A DNA stretch of 64,000 bases from Octopus sinensis (lineage: Eukaryota): NCBI RefSeq assembly GCF_006345805.1, contig NC_042997.1:52266001-52330000 (forward strand), given 5' to 3'. The notes under the pieces were generated by a model. That model was not told where the DNA came from. It did no database searches and saw only the letters and a list, made by a program, of their open reading frames with translations. Shown here one piece after another: positions 50,526 through 61,045 of the stretch; within the stretch, counting starts at the first letter, position 1; every line of letters begins with the position of its first letter. The position numbers and the translations under genes were made by a program.

Positions 50526-51787
50526 CTTAGTTGTCAAAAAAAAAGAAAAAAGAAAAAAAGATTAAAAAAATGAAAAGAACAGAAAATGTAATGTTTGATC
50601 AAGGTACTTAAGTTTCTGACACAGAACCCTTTAGGCCAATTCTAATATATGTTTATTATTTTTTTTCTATTTCATTTTTGCCCTCCTCATAGCTAACTTG
50701 CAAAAAAAAAAAAAAACCCAAATTAGCTGTATTACCTTCTTTAAGACTCTCTTCCACTCTTATCATTTGTTTATACACGAATAATCACACTTATCAGCCA
50801 TCTCCCACCTTATATCTCTCCATGCCTCCTATATATCTATTTCATCATTACTAAGATACATTCCCATATTAACTCTTGAAGTCTGATACTGCCCTCAACA
50901 TTTTTTTTTTTAGCTTCACTTCCTTGCTATTTCCACATGCACTGCTTTTAATGATTACTACTATTCACAATCATTATCTTATCGAAAGTTGCATCATTAA
51001 TAATGTTCAATCCTCAGCTTACAGTCTACTCACACTCCACACCTAACATTCATTGTACGAGATGCTGTTTCCAAGTCACATTTACTACATAATCCTAATT
51101 TCTGTCAGCTCCTTATATACACAGGTTTCTTCCTAAAATTGTAAGTCATTAACTCTCCTTCTCTCTCTTTCTCTAACCTTCTCATGCTTCGTATATTGTG
51201 TTATGACTCTTTCCATGACTGTCATACACACACACACACACAAACCTCCCTATTATTCAGGCACACATGCACAGTGTCTTTTTTCTCTCTCTTTCTCCTA
51301 TTTATCTATTTTTTACTATTCATTCTCTACCAACCTAGCATGTTGCCATCGTTTTCTACATTCTCTGTGAAATACATTAAACTATTTTTTTTCTTTTCAT
51401 TATCAACTAAAGAAATATACTCCTCAAATCAGTAAGAAGGCAACTTAAAAACAAGGAGAGTAACAACTGTAAATTAGAATCCTTGCACCAAGCATAAACG
51501 AGGGTCTTCATATTTATAAGATAACTTTCATGTATTGCTGTTAACACCATTAATGGTAGTTGTAACATTGAACATTCTGAAGTTTTATAAAATACATATT
51601 GAACATTCGCCCAGCAAAAAATAAAAAGATAGGCACAGGTGTGGCTGTGTGGAAAGAAGCTTGCCTCCCAATCATATGGTCCTGAGTTCAGTCCCACAGA
51701 GTGGCACCTTGGGCAACTGTCTTCTAGTATAGCCTCGGGCCAACCAAAGCCTTGTAAGTAGATTTGGTTGAAAGAAACCCGTCATCA

Positions 51788-51823
<36 letters not shown>

Positions 51824-51896
51824 AATGGCGGTGCCCCAGCATGCCCACAGCTCGTGAGCTGAAACTAGATGAAATGAAATGATATATATATATATA

Positions 51897-52256
51897 AAAT
51901 AGGATGAACTTAATTAATTAATAAATAATTAATAATTTTACCAAGTTGTCAGTACATTAAAAGACCTTTTTAGGTGAATTATACAAAATATTCTATAATT
52001 ATATACATAATTATAATCAAGGGTCAGCTATGTGCCTCACCATGTACTGAATTAGAAATAGATGCTAATGTCTTTTCAACTACCTTAAAAATCTCCGAGA
52101 CAATAACACACTATGTAGGTAAAAAGTGTGTTATTGTCTCAGAGATTTTTATGGTGGTTGAAAAGACATTAGCGTCTATTTCTAGTTCAGTACATAGCGA
52201 GGCACTTAGCTGACTCCTGATTATAATTATGTATATAATTATAAAATATTTTATAT
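51897..52256. repeat. Long inverted repeat (about 132-bp arms, 12-nt loop) plus unique leader, between TA tracts
   Basis: 51979-52112 is the approximate reverse complement of 52125-52256. Confidence 0.92.
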
Positions 52257-52304
52257 ATATATACATATATATTTATGCATGTGTGTCTTTGTGTCTGTGT
52301 TTCT

Positions 52305-53225
52305 CCCTCCACCGTCGCTTGACAACCAATGTTGGTGTGTTTATGTCTCTGTAACTTAGCAGTTCAGCAAAAGAGACCAATAGAATAAGTACTAGGCTTA
52401 CAGAGAAAAAGTCCTGGGGTTGATTTCTTCAACTAAAACCCTTTAAGGTAGTGCCCCAGCATGGCTGCAAAACAATGTATTTGTATTGAGTCAGATTTAC
52501 ATTACTTTAAGTTTCGAGGGTGCAAATTGTACATTTTATACATACTGTTATCTATACAACATAAAGTTTGTTCACTGCATGTTACATCCACTATGAAAAT
52601 TTTTATCAGTACTGGTACTTTTGTATTAGCTATCTGAGAAACCAATCTGATTCCATTCCCTTTAGTCCAATTAAATGTGAAGCTTCTGTTGGAATAGCTT
52701 TCAATCTCCAAGTTTGGCACAAGTCAGAATTTAAATTTCTTCAGAACTATAAACAAGTGGTGGATTTTTGCTGCAGTGGGAGACATATCACATCTGTCTG
52801 TGACAAAGAAGCGCTGCAACTTTCATTGTTTCATTGCACAGAAGATGAAGTATAATAGGTGGGAGCAGTTGAAAATCTCTGTTCCCCTGTGTTGCTATGT
52901 CTACCATTATTGTAGTGTATAAAGAGGTGAGATCTTGGTCCTTTTCAAAATATGAAGGATGAACAACCGTTATCATGTATACATATTTATGTGTCCCTCC
53001 ACCATCGCTTGACAACCAATGTTGGTGTGTTTATGTCTCTGTAACTTAGCAGTTCAGCAAAAGAGACCGACAGAATAAGTACTAGGCTTACAGAGAAAAA
53101 GTCCTGGTATTGATTTCTTCAACTAAAACCCTTTAATGCGGTGCCCCAGCATGGCTGCAAAACAATATATTTGTATTGAGTCAGATTTACATTACTCAAA
53201 GTTTCGAAGGAGCCAATTGTACATT
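52305..53225. repeat. 231-bp direct repeats at 690-bp spacing
   Basis: 52305-52535 vs 52995-53225, about 14 mismatches by eye; each comprises a SINE-A 3' part plus about 65 bp of non-SINE sequence. Confidence 0.9.
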
Positions 53226-53664
53226 GCCTTTCCCAGAGGCTTAATGCTTTTAGCTTAAGTCCCTGGCACCTGCTGGATTTGAGTAATATCAGAGATAAAG
53301 GGGTGACACTACAAGAACTTTCTGGACCCTGACTGATGAGCTAATCAGCTGCAAATGATCTGTGTATCTTGTTTTTGTCCTGTTTGCCGTTTGTCATGCT
53401 CTCGTCTATTTTTCCACACTTTGTGTTTTGTTGGTTTCTGTTTGTTGTGTTCTTTCTGTTCTACCTCTGATTTATATATATATATATAAAACATGTATGG
53501 AGATGCAGGTGTGGCTCTGTGGTAAGAAGCTTGCTTTTCAACCACATGGTTCTGGGTTCAGTCGCACTCCGTTGCACCAAGGGCAGGTGTCTCCTACTAT
53601 AGTGTCAAGCTGACCAAAGCCTTGTTAGTGTGTTTGGTTGACAAAAACTGAAAAGAAGCCCATC

Positions 53665-54968
53665 GTGTAAGCTATGGACACATAAGAGGTGCAGCAATGT
53701 CAAAGGAAGGCTAACTAGGAATATAGTTTTTGTATGTGGCAGATGCTCTGGTGCAATAAACACTGAAAATGCGCAGAGACCATTTTCTGCCACATTCCAG
53801 GGAGAAAATCTAGAAATAGTTGATAGTTTCCGTTACCTAGGTGATCAAGTCAGTAACGGGGGTGAGTGTGCCGAAAGTGTAACTGCTAGAGTAAGAATAG
53901 CCTGGGCAAAGTTCAAAGAGCACTTACCTCTGCTGGTGACAAAAGGCCTCTCGCTCAGGGTAAAAGGCATGTGTATGAGGCATGTGTACGAACAGCCATG
54001 CTACATGGCAGTGATACATGGGCCGTGACTGCTGAGGATATGCGTAAGCTTGCAAGAAATGAAGCCAGTATGCTCCAATGGATGTGTAATGTCAGTGTTC
54101 ATACCCGACAGAGTGTAAGTGCCTTGAGAGAAAAGTTGGACCTAAGAAGCATCAGATGTGGTGTGCAAGAGAAACGTCTACGCTGGTATGGACACGTGGT
54201 AAGAATGGATGAAGATAGTTGTGTGAAAAAGTGCCACACCCTAGCAGTTGAGGGAACCTGTGGAAGAGGCAGACCCAGGAAAACCTGGGACGAGGTGGTG
54301 AAGCACGACCTTCGCTCTTTAGGTCTCACCGAGGAAATGACCAGAGACTGAGACCTTTGGAAGTATGCTGTGCGTGAGAAGACCCGGCAGGACAAGTGAG
54401 GCCATAACCCGTGGCTCCTACCTGGGACGTAGTCAGTCCACCTGTGCATACCTTCCTTCTTGGGACACATAACTCTACTTGTGAAGACCTTTTGAGGCAA
54501 GTGAAAATCAAAGAAATCAAAGAATCAAAAATCAAATCAAAATCGAAATTGATCAACATCAATGGAATTTGTAGTTGTGGTACCAGTGCCGGTGGCACAT
54601 AAGAGAACCATCTGAACGTGGTCGTAGCCAGCACTGCATCGACTGGCCTCCGTGTTGGTAGCACGTAACAAACACCATCCGATCGTGGCCATGCCAGCTT
54701 CGCCTGGCCTCCGTGCCGGTGGCACATAAAAAGCACCATCCAAGCGTGACCATTCACCAGCCTCGTCTGGCACCTGTGTCGGTGGCACATAAAAAGCACC
54801 CACTACACTCACTGAGTGGTTGGCGTTAGGAAGGGCATCCAGCTATAGAAACACCGCCAGATATGACTGGCCTGGTGCAGCCTTCGGGCTTCCCAGACCC
54901 CAGTTGAACCATCCAACCCATGCTAGCATGGAAAGTGGACGTTAAACGATGATGATGATGATGATGAT
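53665..54968 (+). mobile_element. 5'-truncated RTE LINE, the best preserved copy
   Basis: CKLWTHKRCSNVKGRL..VCGRCSG..EIVDSFRYLGD..ARVRIAWAKF..(frameshift)..YEACVRTAMLHGSDTW..RLRWYGHVVRM..GRGRPRKTW; about 600-bp 3' UTR; (GAT)n tail. Confidence 0.95.
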
Positions 54969-54969
54969 A

Positions 54970-55540
54970 CATATATAAAAGAGAGATTCTGTCCGTTTAT
55001 GTGTTTGTTCGTTTGTCCACCAAAATGAAAACAAATGGTTTTAGGGAATCTATTATGCTTTTTCTACATCTCCTATTACACTATCGCCTAATTTGTCTGA
55101 ACAAAAATTATGCAATGGTACAAAACTAATTCTGAACAAACCTATGATGAACTGCATTGAGGTTGTGGTTAAAGTGACACCATCTTCATTCCTCGCATAT
55201 CAGTTACACCAGTTTCCTATCACACTTTCTTTTGCCATGAGCATTAATAAAACTCAGAGCCAAACACTTAAAGTAATCTTCTATATGATATAGCTATTCT
55301 TCTAGATTCATTCACATTCAGACTGAATCTTTCAATTCTCTTTTGGCATACTGCATATTCAAATGTCAAAAGGAACAGTGACAAATGGATGTTCCACTTG
55401 ACCTGTAGCCTTTTCAGTACCATCACAGTCACCCAGATTCCATAAAGCTATTCTTCTATATGATATACAAATTTTTCAAGCTTCTCAGCCCGAGAAACAG
55501 TAAAAGTAATTACCCGATTAATGATGAGTATTACTGGTAG
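54970..55540 (+). mobile_element. Helitron deletion derivative retaining PIF1-helicase C-terminal motifs
   Basis: KLCNGTKL...QFPITLSFAMSINKTQSQTL (RepHel LCNGTRL / QFP..FA..INK.QGQ.L); degenerate ends atatataaaa... and cccg..tattactggtag|t. Confidence 0.8.
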
Positions 55541-55676
55541 TATATATATAAAGAGACCAATAGAATAAGTACCTGGCTTACAAAGAATAAGTCCTGGGGT
55601 TGATTTCTTTGACTAAAAGGAGATGCTCCAGCATGGCTATAGTCATCTGACTGAAACAAATAAAAGAATATATATA

Positions 55677-56918
55677 CAGGGTGCATAAGGTATTTGAGGA
55701 CAGATTTATGTTTATAAAAATACAGATATATTATAACAGATAATAACTTTATTCATCAAAAAAATGCTATGAGGATAAAAATATACCTTCTTTTCTATAA
55801 TGTTATTCAATGAAGCCATCTTCAGTTTAAATAACTGGTTCTATATGAGATCTGAATTATCTACATGCTCGAATCAAGTGGTCCTGGTTCATTTTGGACA
55901 TTACTCTGACTATGACAGCTTTCATAGTATCTGTGGTGTTATGGGTGTGTTCACTGATCTCTCTCTCCACATGTAATAGTCCAATGGATTGGGATCTGGG
56001 GAATTACGAAGCCAAATGTTAGAGGTTATGTGATCATAAAAATTTTCCTGTGTTACTAGAGCCATGTGTGATAGTGCTGAGTCTTACTGAAACACATATG
56101 ACCTTCCATTGCATACACTGTCTATCCAGGGCTTAACAATTATTTCCAGGACCTCAATGTAGGCAGCAGAGTTAATTCTAAGGCTTTGTGGAAAGAAGTA
56201 AGGAGGCATCACATGTCCTTCATTACTGACAACCCCCAAAACCATGACAGTTGCAAGAAATTTTGTATGCATAACACTTGAAATTTCAGAAGGATCTGCA
56301 CATAACCATCTGTCATTTCTTCTGTTAACTTTTTGATCTTGGTCAAAGTTTTTCTTGTTTGAGAAAAACCAAATCAAATTTTCTTCTGCTGGATTTTTCA
56401 GTTTGTTTAAGAGCTTGTTAAATCTGATGTCGTGATTTTCTTTTGCTTTTTCTGACAAATTGACCTTTCTTCATCATATAAAACATATCTGATGTTTTTG
56501 TGGACAATATTTCTGACTGTTCCTTCTGACACATGGAGATCTTTTGCAATTGACCTCTTGGACTTTCTGGGATTGTAATCAATGGTCTGTTGAACTTGCT
56601 GGATAAATTCAGGTGTTCTGATGATTTCAGAGCATTTAGAATGTTTTTTATGATTTGATACTGGTGATACGTTTCCATCTGCAGTCCCTAGCTCCTTACA
56701 AATCCTGTAGACAAAAGATCTGGCAACTTTTAAAAGTTGATATATTTCTAAATCACTATGCTGAGCCTTTATAACCACAATAACAGCATGCCTCTTCATT
56801 TCTTGAATAAGCTGAGGGTTTGCCATTATTATTTTCTGAAGCAAAAATTATACAGAGTTAGCAAAAAATGCAGCAATGACCCCAAAAAGTTATGTCCTCA
56901 AATACCGTATGTACACTG
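55677..56918 (-). mobile_element. Tc1/mariner transposon, maT (DD37D)-like, non-coding
   Basis: 26-bp TIRs cagggtgcataaggtatttgaggaca / tgtcctcaaataccgtatgtacactg (23/26 match) with TA flanks; VMVLGVVSNEGHVMPPYFF..INSAAYIEVL..FQ*DSALSH..WLRNSPDPNPLDY. Confidence 0.9.
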
Positions 56919-58354
56919 TATATATATATATATATATGAATGATGTATTACGAAATTTGTTTTGACTGGGACTCTGATTTTCACCTGAAAGCATATTCAA
57001 GCATTATATATACACACACACATTATAGACATATGTATGAATTTGTTGCAAATCCTTATAACAGAATTACTAGTTAGTAATTAATCCAACAAATTCTGTA
57101 AACCTCTAGATTTCTGATGAACCAATGCTAACAACAAAATGATGCCTTGATTTAGATCAAGTTGAATAAATAAACCTAAATAAACCTTATTATAAAAATA
57201 AGAGTCAAAATAAATTTAACTAGACCTAATCCCATATGAGATGAGAGAACCATATATAACTGGGATCTTAGTTGGGAGTAACATCGATCTACCAAAGACC
57301 ATAAAAATATGTTAGAGTAAAGTATGAACCAATTGAGTGAGTATTTAAATAACTACATAAACATCACAGTTAGTGGTCAATCTAAATAGACATCCTATCA
57401 TGAGCTGTTCGACTCTGTGTGTTTGTGTATATGTGTGTGTATGTTTCATTTTAGTCTCTGTGTGACATTTTGGGCTAGCATTTTCTATTTTAGCCACAGG
57501 TTAATCAATATTCCCCATGTAAATTTGGTAGACAAAACCTCTCTTGCACTCAATCAATGAATGAAGAAATGCTTATTATTACTAATGGCTCTGAATAGTA
57601 CCAGAGTCAAGGCTAAGAGGTCATTTTGTATATTCTCTTGAAGGGATGATGAGAAAGAGAAATAGAAGTTGCCAGATGTTATAAATCTGCACCACCAGAC
57701 TGTTTTGTCATTTGTATCATTAACAATGTTAATTAATGTAAAAAATTTTAAAAAAACAACAAAAAAAAAACCCTATCAAGAAACCTCTGATGCTTATGAG
57801 TAATTCAAATTCAATGTTTTCTTGAAACAATTAATTTCTATATAGATTAGGATTTAAATTCCAATCTATGAAAAGTTTTTGTTGTACAATATTCTTAAAG
57901 GAACAAAAAATTATCCAGCATCTCGGGCTTATACAAATGAGCCTGGTAACCATTAAAGATTAACTGGTATCTCTTGTCAAGGGCACAAGCGACAGTGATA
58001 CCTTTGATGTTTGTTGTGCACTTTGCTGTTGTTATTTGATTGCTGTTATTCTGTGTGTCTGGATGTAAAGAACAGGGTTGTTTTATTTTTACCTTTATTT
58101 TAAAAATGGAGAAAGACTTAGTGCTAGATATGAAAAATAAGCCGTTTAGGGTTAAAAACATTGCAGAAAAATGTGAAATTCTTCAGGCAAACTTGTGTCT
58201 TATGCAAAATCTGTAATGAACTTTAGTAATGCTGATGACCTGGAGTTGCCTCTGATATATTGGGGTCTTCACAGACCCCAGTTGAACCATCCAACCCATG
58301 CTAGCATGTAAAGTGGACGCTAAATGATGATGATGATGATGATGATGATGATAT

Positions 58355-58428
<74 letters not shown>

Positions 58429-59968
58429 CTACTCAAGGCACAAGGCCCGAAATTTTGGGGGAGGGGGCCAGTCAATTAAATCAATCCCAATACACCATCG
58501 GTACTTAATTTATCAACCCTGAAAGGATGAAAGACAAAGTCGACCTCGGCAGAACTCAACATTTCGCCAGGTATGCTAGTATTTCTGCCAGCTCGCCGCC
58601 TTTATATATATGTATATTATATATTATCGTGAAACATCTATATTCTATACTGGCATGGGTTGATGTATGTATGTGTATATATATATATATATTTATATAT
58701 TGATGACCTTGTCAAATTCTACTGTTATGCAGCTATTCATCTTAGGAAAAATGTTTCTTCTTTATCATTTGTATTTTTTTTAAAGCATAAAAGCTTCAGT
58801 GTAAGAAGACAAAAATATTTTACTACTTCACCTTTATGTATGGTCTCATCTCTGCTGTTATCATTTCTATTTTCTTGACTTTTCTCCCTATTTCACTTTC
58901 TCTCTGTTTTTCTGCCTGTCTCTCTCTTTGTTTCCTTATCTCCTCACCACCACCACCACCCCACACACACACACATATCCACACTCAGGTTTCTTTATTT
59001 TTTTTAAACTTATCACTTCATCACAGTTTATTTTCAAAATTCATACATTTTAAGTCCTTGAAAGTAGCCTTTCAATCATCCAGCCCAGCAGTGTTTTGTT
59101 GCTTTTGCCATTGTCATCAGTGCGGCTGCTGTTGTTTTCTTTTTTGCTTTGTTTTCACGTCCTGCACTCTTCCTCTTATCGGCTGTTTCATTATTTCTGC
59201 TCATCTGCCTTGAACATTATCCATCAACTCTAGAATATATTTATCTGTTAAATGAATTGTTTAGTGAATGGATATTTGTGTTAGCAGCAGCAGTGGTGGT
59301 AGTGTTTGTGATGGTAGTATTCTTGCGGGGTGTTGGATGTAAGGGTTTGGAAGCATAAGCAAACCTGCTTGAAGCTTCAAGGGACACACAGTGGATTCAG
59401 ATTCAAGAGGACACTTTTAGTTGTTTTTCTGTATTTTCTCTTCCTTCTTTTTGTCATTTGCAATTTTTCTATGCTGTAAGATGTAATTCACATCAAGATA
59501 TGGACACCAACTTTCTTAATCTCTCTCTCTTCCCTCTCTTCTCTCTCTCCCCTTTTCTTCTCTCTCTCTCCTCTCTCTCTCTCAACCTAGGTGGCTAGTA
59601 GCCGAGGGTAGTTTCTAGTTTGTCTTTTTCGTGTATATGTGGGTTTGCATTAGTGTGTGTGTGGTCATTGCATTGTATTGGTTTTAATTACAATGTCAAT
59701 TTACAGGCTTCTGGACTGTGTAACTCTAGAAGGTAGCAGTGGACGGAGGAAGGTATTTTGTGTCTGTTTTTCCTTCAAATGTTATTACTGCAGATAATGA
59801 CAGTGATAGCAAAGATGATGGCAGTGTCACTGTTGATGCTGCTGCACTGCTCTGGGAATGTCTTTTACCGTTTCTGCTTTCTCATTTCAATATGCCTGCA
59901 TATTATTGAGACATGCATGGGACAAAAAGTGGTGGGAAGTGAATTTGCATTTGCTCATGTGTGTGTGT

Positions 59969-60006
<38 letters not shown>

Positions 60007-60750
60007 GTGTAATATAAATCTATATATTTGTGTGTGTGTGTGTATAAGTGTGTGTGTGTGTAAGTGTAACATAAATCTCTATATTGTATGTGTGTGTGTA
60101 AGTGTGTGTGTAAGTGTGTAATATAAATTTATATATTTGTATGTGTGTATGTGTGCGTGTGTGTATAAATTATATATGCGATTGTGTATGAATATGGCTG
60201 TAGTGGTGGTGGGAGTGGTGGGGCACAGTGGCAGCAGGCAGTGGTGCTGGAACAAATACTGTCCTTTTCTTTCTGGATTCTGCCCCTCCTATCATATCTT
60301 CACCCTCCTCTGGTTTATTTAACCTTCTGCTGCTTTGTTTATTGTTTAGCCCCCTTCTTCTCTGCCCAACAGCGACACCAGATACTTATCAAACACATGC
60401 GGAAATTCCCAGAATCTGGAGTCATGTTTCAGTACACTAACACCCCCCCCCCCCACCACCACCACCACATCTACATCCCACGCACCCAGGCTTTTTACAC
60501 TGGGGAGGGGTTCCGATTTGTTGTTGTAATAGAAATTTTTAAGTTGTCCAGTAAGACTTAATTACCATACTGTACAATTGTTGGTGTTACTGATCAGATG
60601 GATGGATGGACACATTGCCCTGTCCTTTCTTTAAAGGAGTAATGTAAAAAGAAATAAAATAATAAATCAATTGAAAATAGTTTTCCATTCATTGTATTTA
60701 TCATTATCAATAATCATCATCATTATTTTACCCATTGTTATTTAGAACAA

Positions 60751-61045
60751 GTCATCTCTAATTGAGCTGACTTAATCTAACCATAACCTTCCCTTCTGTT
60801 TTAGAGGTTTGTGGTTCTACATTATTTAGTGTATGTAATTTTTTTATTTAAAAACTATGAAATGTGATTTGAGGTAGATTTGGCCGCTATTATTAAACCT
60901 TTGTCATCTCTAATTGAGAGCTGAATTAATCATCCATGACCTTCCCTTCTGTTTTAGAGGTTTGTAGGACTACACTATCTAATATGTAACATTTCCTGAT
61001 TTAAAACAAAGTGCCATTTGAGGGAGATTTGGCCACTATTTCCAG
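60751..61045. repeat. Diverged tandem duplication, about 150-bp period
   Basis: gtcatctctaattgag..ccttcccttctgttttagaggtttgt..gatttggcc(g/a)ctatt occurs twice in succession. Confidence 0.8.

Noticed and set aside
57895-58161. 88-aa minus-strand ORF with internal splice-like sites
   Set aside because: The implied intron is only 34 nt, plus-strand readings are equally plausible and no homology was recognised; left uncalled.
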